DNA of 64,000 nucleotides from Escherichia coli (GTDB lineage Bacteria; Pseudomonadota; Gammaproteobacteria; Enterobacterales; Enterobacteriaceae): NCBI RefSeq assembly GCF_041886205.1, contig NZ_CP169029.1; one strand, 5' to 3'. Shown piece by piece: positions 22,055 to 32,145 of this stretch (position 1 is its first letter; each line of letters starts with the position of its first letter). The notes under the pieces were generated by a model. It saw only the letters and a program-made list of their open reading frames with translations, ran no database searches and was not told where the DNA came from. The position numbers and the translations under genes were made by a program.

Positions 22055-22907
22055 AATTCCCTCCGTAGGTTTGGCTCAGCGCACAACCATCGGCCATGCC
22101 ATACAGCATGTCGCAGCCGGAACTGGAGCCAATATGTTTAATTTTTTCTATTGCCTGAGTTGAATTCCCAGGGACGCCATAAATAATATCGTGAATAAAA
22201 TGATGAATATTTTCCCGGCAGCGTTGTTGTAATGCGGCTTCCAGCGTTATGGCACTTAATAATGTGGTATTATTTCTGCCGCGTTGCAGACCGCGATAAA
22301 ATTCCTCTTTGTATTTTTCCGCCGGATGCCCGGAAATAAATAAAATAAGTACCAGTCCGGTCAGATAATCATCGGCTGATGGCGTAAGGCCAATCCCTAA
22401 CCCCATCATACTGGCGACCGCTGCGGCGATATTTTGTTTTTCGTTTACTGCCTGAATAACTGCCCGTCGTTTAATATGTAGTTCTTTATTTAACGCCTGA
22501 TAAAACGGATTATCGCCGCGATAATTAAACAGGGTTTCATTTTCCCCCAGGTGCTGATGAATAATGTCGTGCCACTGTTGCCAGGCGATAAGGTGAAAAT
22601 TCACAGCGGTCATTTGCAAGGTTGGGGACAGCCAACGCCGACAACGACTCATCTCTATATGAAGATGTTGACCAACCGTAATACCTTGATCGTCAAACTG
22701 AACCTTATCACCATGCCGGAACAGATCATCAAAGTGAGTGAGTGCCAACCGACAACTGTTTGGCGCATTGTCGTACTCTTCACAAAGCAGCGTCAGCAAC
22801 TGCTGGCGAGCCGGGAGTGCGATATTTACCGCTCTGGCAAAGACCTGTTCAACCTGTCCTTGCCCCCGCTGCGCCAGAAAATCCGCATCCGCAGTTAGCG
22901 CCCACAC
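22044..22907 (-). CDS. yahE: DUF2877-family protein
   Basis: 287-aa ORF; synteny. Confidence 0.85.
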   Translation of the reverse strand: MWALTADADFLAQRGQGQVEQVFARAVNIALPARQQLLTLLCEEYDNAPNSCRLALTHFDDLFRHGDKVQFDDQGITVGQHLHIEMSRCRRWLSPTLQMTAVNFHLIAWQQWHDIIHQHLGENETLFNYRGDNPFYQALNKELHIKRRAVIQAVNEKQNIAAAVASMMGLGIGLTPSADDYLTGLVLILFISGHPAEKYKEEFYRGLQRGRNNTTLLSAITLEAALQQRCRENIHHFIHDIIYGVPGNSTQAIEKIKHIGSSSGCDMLYGMADGCALSQTYGGNYVS

Positions 22908-22946
22908 ACACCGTCTTTCTGGTGTGTTGATAGCAAGCCTCCCGGT

Positions 22947-23552
22947 TTATGCACCTGCGGCAATCAGTAACTGCGCAATCTCTTCAAAGCCCCGTTCCCG
23001 CGCCAGTTCCAGTGGCGTTTTGCCATATTTATCGGTCAGATGCGGGCTGGCACCGTGTTCCAGCAATAACTGCACAATCGCCTGCTGTTTAATACCACCA
23101 TCATTAAGCACAATCGCTTCCAGTAGCGGCGTCCAGCCTACATGGTTGGTCTGGTTAACGTTAATCTCCGTATGCGCCAAAAGCTCTTTTACAATACTTA
23201 AATGGCCTTTTTCACAGGCAGGCGTCAGGCCGACACCGCCAAAACGGGTTACGCAATTAAGATCGGGTTTAGCCGGTAAAATAATTCGTAGTAGCGTTAA
23301 ATCATCGTTCAGACAGCTAATTAAAAAAGGATTTAAACAGGTATGATCTTGCTTATTAATATCCGCTCCGGCATCAATTAATGCCTGAACGCAAGCATAT
23401 TGCTGATATAAACTTGCCAGCGTAATTGCCGTTTTCCCCTGACGATCGCAGGTATTAATATCGACACCCAGCGCAAGGCAGGTTTTTACTTTATCGATAT
23501 CACCCTGTTGTGCAGCCAATAAATAGTCGGCAGGTAGATTTTTTATACTCAT
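22947..23552 (-). CDS. yahD: ankyrin-repeat protein
   Basis: 201-aa ORF with repeated ankyrin-like G-TPLH/LL.AGA motifs. Confidence 0.88.
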   Translation of the reverse strand: MSIKNLPADYLLAAQQGDIDKVKTCLALGVDINTCDRQGKTAITLASLYQQYACVQALIDAGADINKQDHTCLNPFLISCLNDDLTLLRIILPAKPDLNCVTRFGGVGLTPACEKGHLSIVKELLAHTEINVNQTNHVGWTPLLEAIVLNDGGIKQQAIVQLLLEHGASPHLTDKYGKTPLELARERGFEEIAQLLIAAGA

Positions 23553-23809
23553 TCACATTCCCCTGGTTTTTGTGGCTGTTTTCGATGAATTGAGAATAGC
23601 AACGATAATCTGATAAAAGAACCCGCTTAAATTTAATTCGCTGTATTTCGCCTTTTTGTTGAATGATGTTCAACAATCTTTTCGCAGTGTGCGGTAGTGC
23701 AATATTTGTTTCTTTGACCCGATACCCTTTCACTCAATCAGGTTTTATTTCTCTATAGTCTGCACATGTAAGAGTAGCTTTCGTCCATGTCTAACCAGAG
23801 GGGAACAAG

Positions 23810-24307
23810 ATGAACGGACTCACGGCAACGGGTGTCACCGTCGGTATTTGTGCAGGGCTTTGGCAGTTAGTGTCTTCACATGTCGGGCTCTCTCAGGGAT
23901 GGGAATTATTAGGAACCATTGGCTTCGTCGCCTTTTGCAGTTTTTATGCCGCAGGCGGCGGTAAATCGGGGTTTATCAGAAGTCTGGCGGTTAATTATTC
24001 CGGGATGGTGTGGGCATTTTTCGCCGCGCTGGCTGCCGGTTGGCTGGCCTCTGTAAGTGGACTGTCCGCGTTCTGGGCGAGCGTAATTACTACCGTACCC
24101 TTCTCGGCGGTAGTGGTCTGGCAAGGGCGTTTCTGGTTACTGTCCTTTATTCCCGGTGGCTTTCTCGGCATGACGCTGTTTTTTGCCAGCGGGATGAACT
24201 GGACGGTGACGTTACTGGGTTTTCTGGCGGGTAACTGCGTGGGGATAATTTCAGAATATGGTGGACAAAAATTAAGCGAAGCGACGACTAAACGCGACGG
24301 GTATTAA
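23810..24307 (+). CDS. yahC: inner-membrane protein YahC
   Basis: 165-aa hydrophobic ORF; synteny. Confidence 0.8.
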   Translation: MNGLTATGVTVGICAGLWQLVSSHVGLSQGWELLGTIGFVAFCSFYAAGGGKSGFIRSLAVNYSGMVWAFFAALAAGWLASVSGLSAFWASVITTVPFSAVVVWQGRFWLLSFIPGGFLGMTLFFASGMNWTVTLLGFLAGNCVGIISEYGGQKLSEATTKRDGY

Positions 24308-24398
24308 AAGTTATTCAAAAATGATTATCTATCTTTAACCGATACCTCTACAGTCATAGCTGGAGAAATTCATAGTAGATAATGGCGAGAATGGTTTA

Positions 24399-25331
24399 AT
24401 GAACTCAATTTTTACCGAAGAGAATCTGTTGGCATTTACTACCGCTGCACGTTTTGGCAGCTTCAGTAAAGCCGCAGAAGAGTTGGGTTTAACCACTTCC
24501 GCCATTAGCTACACCATCAAGCGTATGGAGACGGGGCTGGATGTGGTGCTGTTCACTCGCAGTACCCGCAGCATTGAGTTAACGGAGTCCGGGCGTTATT
24601 TTTTCCGCAAAGCTACCGACCTGCTGAATGATTTTTATGCCATCAAACGCAGTATCGATACTATTTCGCAGGGCATAGAAGCGCGTGTGCGCATTTGTAT
24701 TAATCAGCTGCTTTATACGCCCAAACACACCGCACGCTTGTTACAGGTGCTGAAAAAGCAGTTTCCTACCTGCCAGATTACCGTCACCACCGAAGTGTAT
24801 AACGGCGTCTGGGATGCGATTATTAATAATCAGGCCAATATCGCCATCGGCGCACCCGATACACTACTGGACGGCGGCGGTATTGATTACACTGAAATTG
24901 GCGCGATTCGCTGGGCTTTTGCTATCGCCCCGGATCACCCGTTAGCCTTTGTGCCGGAACCCATCGCCGAAAGCCAACTGCGTCTCTACCCTAATATTAT
25001 GGTGGAGGACACCGCGCATACGATTAATAAAAAAGTGGGCTGGTTGCTGCACGGGCAGGAGTCAATTCTGGTGCCAGATTTCAACACCAAATGTCAGTGC
25101 CAGATTTTAGGTGAAGGAATTGGTTTTTTGCCGGATTACATGGTCCGTGAGGCGATGACGCAATCCCTGCTGGTTACCCGACAAATCCATAATCCGCGCC
25201 AGGATTCGCGCATGTTACTGGCGACTCAGCATTCTGCTACGGGTCAGGTGACGCAGTGGATTAAAAAACAATTTGCGCCAAATGGCATATTAACGGGGAT
25301 CTATCAGGATTTACTGCATCGGGAGAATTAA
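24399..25331 (+). CDS. yahB: LysR-family transcriptional regulator
   Basis: 310-aa ORF with N-terminal HTH (FSKAAEELGLTTSAISYTIKRME). Confidence 0.9.
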   Translation: MNSIFTEENLLAFTTAARFGSFSKAAEELGLTTSAISYTIKRMETGLDVVLFTRSTRSIELTESGRYFFRKATDLLNDFYAIKRSIDTISQGIEARVRICINQLLYTPKHTARLLQVLKKQFPTCQITVTTEVYNGVWDAIINNQANIAIGAPDTLLDGGGIDYTEIGAIRWAFAIAPDHPLAFVPEPIAESQLRLYPNIMVEDTAHTINKKVGWLLHGQESILVPDFNTKCQCQILGEGIGFLPDYMVREAMTQSLLVTRQIHNPRQDSRMLLATQHSATGQVTQWIKKQFAPNGILTGIYQDLLHREN

Positions 25332-25389
25332 TCGCTGCCAACCTCCCGATGCGCTGTGAATAGCGGTTTACATCAACCACCTGCTTTCA

Positions 25390-27324
25390 TTACCCATTCA
25401 GAGATAAATTTATTACCCGGTAACCGATATACAGACCGTCATTGTTTACCCCACTCGTCAGACGATAGTCGTAAGTGCCGACGGCCGCTTTTTGCCCATT
25501 CTGCTGAATATCACGTTGGGCACTGCTGGAGAGGATTTGCCCATTTTTATCCTGCAATTGCAGATTGCCCGCATCGCCCAGAACTTCCGCACCTTGCGCA
25601 TCAACCAACTTAATGGTGCTGTTACCATCATCGACTTCAGTGAGCGATAACGCAGAGTCAATATCACGAGATACTGAGCTTACAACGTCACTGTCAGAAA
25701 CCTGAATCACACCCTCGCCGCGCAAATCCAGCGTTTTACTAACGTTGACCGTCCCTTCTGTCATCTGTGCACCTGCTGTCAGGGCACCAAAATCAACGGT
25801 TCCGCCGGAGAATCCCAAAGTGCTAATGGAGTGAGCGCCCTTACCCACTGTTACCAGGCTTCCCTGACCCGCAGTGATCCCGCCTCTCTGCAGAAACTCA
25901 GCATTCTTTTCCAGGTTAAATGTCGTGTTCTGGAACGCCAGTGAACCCTGGAACCAGTCTGTATAAGCAAACTCATCGAAGGAGAATTCGTGATTCCCCA
26001 TGTTTATTTCAACAATACCTCTACCTTGAAGATCGTTATCAAATACCCAATCTTTATTGGCATTGATTTGCAGTTTGCCATCAACATCCAGGTCCGCACG
26101 GCCGATGTTCTTGTCTTCAGAAATAACCGCGACAGCACCAGAAGCGACATCAATATATCCGCTGAATGCATAGTTATTGCCGGTCAGCGCCACTGTCCCA
26201 CTGTCGATACTTATTGTACCGTTGCCGGAAATCTTATTGGCAAAGGTCATGCTATCGTCAGCCTTCAGGTGTAATTTCCCGCGGTTGTTGATTTCTGCGG
26301 TACCTATATTTTGGGTGATCCCTAAAGCGCCATTTTGCTCAATTTTGACTTTACCACTAAAGGCAGAGTTATCACCGGTTAAGTAAGTCGTGCCATTGAG
26401 CGCATTGATATAGCCCAGGCCCTCGCTGCCACTGACAATATCCGCGGAAATAGTCGCGTCTTTATCCGTGTGGTTTAAGGTGATTTTCTTATCGGATGTC
26501 GAAGCCCACACAAACTCAATTTTTTCGGCATCAATAATCCCTGCCGCCTTCGCAGCACTTCCTTCCTGTGCACCTAACGCTAACTCAGAGTTGGTGCTTA
26601 AACTAATTTTCGGTGCGGATATTTTACCTCCATCTGATATGACTAATGTTGTATCAGAACGTTGGTCGTAATAACCCAGGCTAATATGTTCACGAGCATT
26701 AACTTCACCACCGTTATTAACCGACAGGAACTGATTACCGCCATATCCGCCGTAAACGCCCATAAAGAAGGTCCCTGCATTTACCTGACTACCTTCGCCG
26801 CTTACATTCCCCTGCGTATAAGTCAGACGACTGGTGCCCTTAACATGAATTTTGCCGCCATTGGAGACATTAAAATAGCCTTGATCATGTCTCATGCCTG
26901 AGTTTGACTCATACAAATCATCAGCATATAACTCGCTGCCAGCATTGGAGACATTCAGGAACCCCGTACCTTTCAGCAAAAAGTTAAGTGGGCCATTGAT
27001 AGTTACCTTTCCTCCGGTAATATCTAACCCACCACCAGAAGCGAGAGTCAGACGCGGACGGGAAGTATCTGTCGCATTGATTACCAGATTGGCATTGTCA
27101 GTCACCGTAATACGGTAATCGATGCTCTGGTTCTCTTTGCCAAAATCAATAGTTTTATCCTGGTTTACGATGACATCATCGGCGAATACCAGAGATGAAT
27201 ATAAACTTATCGCGCTAATTAAAACAGCCCGGGACTTTTTTCCTTTTACTCTGCTCCCCAGCTCCGAGCAGACGCTCCAACAGTTACGGGACCTGTTCCA
27301 CTTTAGCCGATATATTTTATTCAT
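25390..27324 (-). pseudogene. type Va autotransporter adhesin, passenger domain only (C-terminal beta-barrel missing)
   Basis: Extended signal peptide MNKIYRLKWNRSRNCWSVCSELGS...; Gly/Asn/Thr-rich passenger; ORF stops 58 nt from yahB stop with no translocator domain; start placed at ATG 27324. Confidence 0.7.
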
Positions 27325-27854
27325 CACAATCTCCAGCAATACATCCAAATAAAACCAAGATTGCATAAACAGCAACGCATTAAATGCCATTCTGGTTACT
27401 GTTCATCGCATATAAAAATTCAAAAATTTTGCATAGCATTGGCAACCACATATCTGAGTATGTAGTTCAGAGGGTAATAAAATAGCAAGTTATTACTTAA
27501 AACTTATTTTAAGTTAACACTCTTAACTTTATCATTACATTCCTCCCAGTCTCTAATACCTGCGCATTATATGTATCCAGGAACTCAAATCAACTCAAAA
27601 TATAAACAAAAGCAAGAGGAATACATTTAATATACAGCCGATAAAAGCGGTAACTCTTATTAGGTATCAAAATATAAGAATCGTCTTATTAATAAATATA
27701 TAACACTATAGGACTGAATCCATTCAGCTAATACAAAATAAAATCGCTAATTAATAAAATATAAAATCATGAAGTGATACAAGAGGAATTGCAGGATATG
27801 ACATGACAATCATATATAATATATGCATAATTTTTTACAGCGAGTCAATGATTC

Positions 27855-27886
27855 CCGCGCCATATGCAGACATGGCGCGGTTTTAT
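27855..27886 (+). terminator. intrinsic-terminator-like hairpin (CCGCGCCAT-loop-ATGGCGCGG followed by TTTTAT)
   Basis: 9-bp perfect stem and T-run on plus strand, 10 nt from the betT stop; preceded by AAAA so may act bidirectionally. Confidence 0.45.
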
Positions 27887-27896
27887 GCAATAACAA

Positions 27897-29930
27897 TCAC
27901 GCGTCCGGGAACATCACGCTATGGCCCGGCGCTTCACGATGGAGATGGATAAAGTTAAGGTGCCGCTCGTACTGATCGAGAATATCGGTGATCACCTGCT
28001 CTTTGCTGTAGTCCATCAGGTCGTTGCCCTGGCTGCCTTCTAACAGGAAAGTTTCCAGCCGGTAGTAGGTCGATTTACCGCTACGTGCGCGGTAGGTAAA
28101 GCCCGGCACCGAGTATTGCTGCGGCCAAATCTGATAGACAAAGTTTTGTTCTTCGCCCATATGCACCAACAAATCCAGATGCCCCAACTGTTGTCCCTCT
28201 TCCGGCGGCAGGCTTTTTAGCTCCACGTATGCGCCGCGCAACCGCAGCTCCTGCGCCACTTCTTCCATTGCCGGGTAACAGACCGTCTCCATCATCTGTT
28301 TAGTGTAACGCGTGCCCGGATAATTCATCAGGCGCGAGAGACGTTTTTTCCAGCTCAGGCGATCCTGAAGCCCCAGCGGTCGCGGTGCGGTATCGCGGTT
28401 GGCACTTTCACGGCGGTAATCTTCTACCTTCAGAGATTTATACAACCCCGCCATCACGAAGAAGATCACAAAGCTGAACGGCAGCCCCATAATCACCGTG
28501 GTGTTTTGCAGCGCGGATATCCCGTTGGTCATCAGCATGCCGAGCGTCAGCAGGCCAATCGCCACCGACCAGAAGACGCGCAGCCAGCCGGGGGCGTCGC
28601 TGTTGATATCTTTAAGCTGCGAGGTGAAATTCCCCAGCACCAGCGCCCCGGAGTCCGCCGAGGTCACATAAAACAGCAGGCCAGTAATGGTGGCGACGGA
28701 GGCGCTAAAGGTAAACGCCGGATACTGCGCCAGCAGGCTGTAGAAGCCGCGCTCCGGATGGACCATCGCTTCCTCGGCAAATGCCGCTCCGCCGTGGATG
28801 ATTTCATACAGCGCGCTATTGCCGAACACCGAGAGCCATAACAGCGTGAAGGTAAACGGAATAATCAACGTGCCCAGCACGAACTGGCGAATGGTACGCC
28901 CACGCGAGATACGCGCCAGGAACAAGCCGACAAACGGCGACCATGCCACCCACCATGCCCAGAAGAAGAGCGTCCAGTTATTCATCCACTCAACTGGACG
29001 GTCGAAGGCAAAACTGTTGAGCGTCATGCCCATAAAGCGATTCACATAGTCGCCAACATTCAGCACCAGTGCATTAAGCAGGAACGAAGTGTCGCCCATA
29101 AACAACACGAACAGGATCAATCCCAGCGCCAGCGCGACATTAAGCTCCGATAACACGCGAATGCCCTTATCGACACCGGATGTCACCGAGATAGTGGCGA
29201 TGATCACCGACAAGGCGATCAGTGCCGCTTTTGCCGCCATCGAATCGGGAATATCAAACAGTACGCTCAAGCCATAGTTAAGCTGCACCACACCGATACC
29301 GAGCGTAGTGGCAATACCGAAGATAGTGCCGATCACCGCTGCAATATCCACTGAGTGACCTATCGGCCCGTTAATCCGTTTACCGAAGATCGGGTACAGC
29401 GCCGAGCGGATGGTGAGCGGCAAATTATAACGATAGCTAAAGTATCCGAGCGCCATGCCCATCAGCGCATACATCGACCAGCCGGTTAAGCCGTAGTGAA
29501 ACAGCGTCCAGACCATCGCCTGACGCGCGGCCTCAATCGTCTGTCCCGCGCCTTCCGGCGGCTGCATATACTGCGTTACCGGTTCGGCTACGGAGAAGAA
29601 CATCAGGTCGATACCGATCCCGGCAGCAAACAGCATCGCCGCCCAACTCAGCAGGCTGAATTCCGGTTTGGATTGTTCTGGCCCGAGCTTCACCGAACCA
29701 AAACGCGAACAAGCGATACAGACCACAAAGACAATATAGAGCGTTGCCGCCAGCAGATAGTACCAACCGAAGGTTTTAGAAACCCAGTCCAGCGTGCGGC
29801 CAATCCACAGGGCCGAGAAGTCGCGAAACAGGATCGTTGTCAGGGAAAACAACAAAATCAGTCCGGCGGAGGTGTAAAACACCACCGGATTGATTTTGTC
29901 CTTTTCCCTGCTGTGTGAAAGGTCTGTCAT
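27897..29930 (-). CDS. betT: choline transporter (BCCT family)
   Basis: 677-aa ORF MTDLSHSREKDKINPVVFYTSAG... Confidence 0.95.
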   Translation of the reverse strand: MTDLSHSREKDKINPVVFYTSAGLILLFSLTTILFRDFSALWIGRTLDWVSKTFGWYYLLAATLYIVFVVCIACSRFGSVKLGPEQSKPEFSLLSWAAMLFAAGIGIDLMFFSVAEPVTQYMQPPEGAGQTIEAARQAMVWTLFHYGLTGWSMYALMGMALGYFSYRYNLPLTIRSALYPIFGKRINGPIGHSVDIAAVIGTIFGIATTLGIGVVQLNYGLSVLFDIPDSMAAKAALIALSVIIATISVTSGVDKGIRVLSELNVALALGLILFVLFMGDTSFLLNALVLNVGDYVNRFMGMTLNSFAFDRPVEWMNNWTLFFWAWWVAWSPFVGLFLARISRGRTIRQFVLGTLIIPFTFTLLWLSVFGNSALYEIIHGGAAFAEEAMVHPERGFYSLLAQYPAFTFSASVATITGLLFYVTSADSGALVLGNFTSQLKDINSDAPGWLRVFWSVAIGLLTLGMLMTNGISALQNTTVIMGLPFSFVIFFVMAGLYKSLKVEDYRRESANRDTAPRPLGLQDRLSWKKRLSRLMNYPGTRYTKQMMETVCYPAMEEVAQELRLRGAYVELKSLPPEEGQQLGHLDLLVHMGEEQNFVYQIWPQQYSVPGFTYRARSGKSTYYRLETFLLEGSQGNDLMDYSKEQVITDILDQYERHLNFIHLHREAPGHSVMFPDA

Positions 29931-29995
29931 CCAGTATCCCCACTGTTATTGTTACTATTTAAAATCAAATTAGTAACAATTAAGACACATTTTAT

Positions 29996-30013
29996 ATTGA
30001 ACGTCCAATCAAT
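29996..30013. promoter_or_regulatory. inverted repeat ATTGA-N8-TCAAT in betT-betI divergent promoter region (candidate BetI operator)
   Basis: Palindrome in 128-nt intergenic region between divergent betT and betI; assignment to BetI is inference. Confidence 0.35.
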
Positions 30014-30058
30014 AACCGCTTTAATAGATAAACACCGCTGATGAATGGAGTGGCGAAA

Positions 30059-30646
30059 ATGCCCAAATTGGGGATGCAGTCGATCCGGCGCAGACAACTG
30101 ATCGACGCCACACTGGAAGCAATAAATGAAGTGGGCATGCACGATGCAACGATCGCGCAGATCGCCCGCCGTGCAGGCGTTTCTACGGGGATCATCAGCC
30201 ACTATTTCAGGGACAAAAATGGTCTGCTGGAAGCAACCATGCGCGATATCACCAGTCAGCTGCGTGACGCGGTTTTGAATCGATTACATGCACTTCCGCA
30301 GGGCAGTGCAGAGCAGCGATTACAGGCGATTGTTGGCGGAAACTTCGATGAAACGCAGGTGAGCAGTGCGGCGATGAAAGCCTGGCTGGCGTTCTGGGCC
30401 AGCAGTATGCATCAGCCGATGCTCTATCGTTTACAGCAGGTCAGCAGCCGCCGCTTGCTGTCGAATCTGGTGAGCGAGTTTCGCCGCGAATTGCCGCGCC
30501 AACAGGCACAGGAAGCGGGCTACGGCCTTGCCGCGCTGATTGACGGATTATGGCTGCGCGCGGCACTGAGCGGCAAACCGCTGGATAAACCTCTCGCACA
30601 CTCGCTGACCCGTCACTTTATTACTCAGCATTTACCCACCGATTAA
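30059..30646 (+). CDS. betI: TetR-family repressor of the bet regulon
   Basis: Track ORF 30041..30646; start placed at ATG 30059 ([19 protein letters not shown]...), 195 aa. Confidence 0.92.
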   Translation: MPKLGMQSIRRRQLIDATLEAINEVGMHDATIAQIARRAGVSTGIISHYFRDKNGLLEATMRDITSQLRDAVLNRLHALPQGSAEQRLQAIVGGNFDETQVSSAAMKAWLAFWASSMHQPMLYRLQQVSSRRLLSNLVSEFRRELPRQQAQEAGYGLAALIDGLWLRAALSGKPLDKPLAHSLTRHFITQHLPTD

Positions 30647-30659
30647 CCGAGGAGACGTG

Positions 30660-32132
30660 ATGTCCCGAATGGCAGAACAGCAGCTTTATATACATGGTGG
30701 TTATACCTCCGCCACCAGCGGTCGCACCTTCGAGACCATTAACCCGGCCAACGGTAACGTGCTGGCGACCGTGCAGGCCGCCGGGCGTGAGGATGTCGAT
30801 CGCGCCGTGAAAAGCGCCCAGCAAGGGCAAAAAATCTGGGCGGCGATGACCGCTATGGAACGCTCGCGTATTCTGCGTCGGGCCGTTGATATTCTGCGTG
30901 AACGCAATGACGAACTCGCAAAACTGGAAACCCTCGACACCGGAAAAGCATATTCGGAAACCTCAACCGTCGATATCGTTACCGGTGCGGACGTGCTGGA
31001 GTACTACGCCGGGCTGATCCCGGCGCTGGAAGGCAGCCAGATCCCGTTGCGTGAGACGTCATTTGTTTATACCTGCCGCGAACCGCTGGGCGTGGTGGCG
31101 GGGATTGGCGCGTGGAATTACCCGATCCAGATTGCCCTGTGGAAATCCGCCCCGGCGCTGGCGGCAGGCAACGCAATGATTTTCAAACCGAGCGAAGTCA
31201 CCCCGCTTACCGCGTTAAAGCTGGCTGAAATTTACAGCGAAGCGGGCCTGCCGGACGGCGTATTTAACGTGTTGCCGGGCGTGGGCGCGGAGACCGGGCA
31301 ATATCTGACCGAGCATCCGGGCATTGCCAAAGTGTCATTTACCGGCGGTGTCGCCAGCGGCAAAAAAGTGATGGCTAACTCGGCGGCCTCTTCCTTGAAA
31401 GAAGTGACCATGGAACTGGGCGGTAAATCGCCGCTGATCGTTTTCGACGATGCGGATCTCGATCTCGCCGCCGATATCGCCATGATGGCGAACTTCTTCA
31501 GCTCCGGTCAGGTGTGTACCAATGGCACCCGCGTCTTCGTTCCGGCGAAATGCAAAGCCGCATTTGAGCAGAAAATTCTGGCGCGCGTTGAGCGCATTCG
31601 CGCGGGCGACGTTTTCGATCCGCAAACTAACTTCGGCCCGCTGGTCAGCTTCCCGCATCGCGATAACGTGCTGCGCTATATCGCCAAAGGCAAAGAGGAA
31701 GGCGCGCGCGTACTGTGCGGCGGCGATGTACTGAAAGGCGATGGCCTCGATAACGGCGCATGGGTCGCGCCGACTGTGTTCACCGATTGCAGCGACGAAA
31801 TGACCATTGTGCGCGAAGAGATCTTCGGTCCGGTGATGTCGCTTCTCACTTATGAATCTGAGGACGAAGTGATTCGCCGCGCCAATGATACCGACTACGG
31901 CCTGGCGGCGGGTATCGTGACGGCGGACCTGAACCGCGCGCATCGCGTCATTCATCAGCTGGAAGCGGGTATTTGCTGGATCAACACCTGGGGCGAATCC
32001 CCGGCAGAGATGCCCGTTGGCGGCTACAAACACTCCGGCATTGGTCGCGAGAACGGCGTGATGACGCTCCAGAGTTACACCCAGGTGAAGTCCATCCAGG
32101 TTGAGATGGCTAAATTCCAGTCCATATTCTAA
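30660..32132 (+). CDS. betB: betaine aldehyde dehydrogenase
   Basis: 490-aa aldehyde dehydrogenase ORF ([14 protein letters not shown]...); SD GAGGAG upstream. Confidence 0.95.
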   Translation: MSRMAEQQLYIHGGYTSATSGRTFETINPANGNVLATVQAAGREDVDRAVKSAQQGQKIWAAMTAMERSRILRRAVDILRERNDELAKLETLDTGKAYSETSTVDIVTGADVLEYYAGLIPALEGSQIPLRETSFVYTCREPLGVVAGIGAWNYPIQIALWKSAPALAAGNAMIFKPSEVTPLTALKLAEIYSEAGLPDGVFNVLPGVGAETGQYLTEHPGIAKVSFTGGVASGKKVMANSAASSLKEVTMELGGKSPLIVFDDADLDLAADIAMMANFFSSGQVCTNGTRVFVPAKCKAAFEQKILARVERIRAGDVFDPQTNFGPLVSFPHRDNVLRYIAKGKEEGARVLCGGDVLKGDGLDNGAWVAPTVFTDCSDEMTIVREEIFGPVMSLLTYESEDEVIRRANDTDYGLAAGIVTADLNRAHRVIHQLEAGICWINTWGESPAEMPVGGYKHSGIGRENGVMTLQSYTQVKSIQVEMAKFQSIF

Positions 32133-32145
32133 CCAGGAGGTTTAT

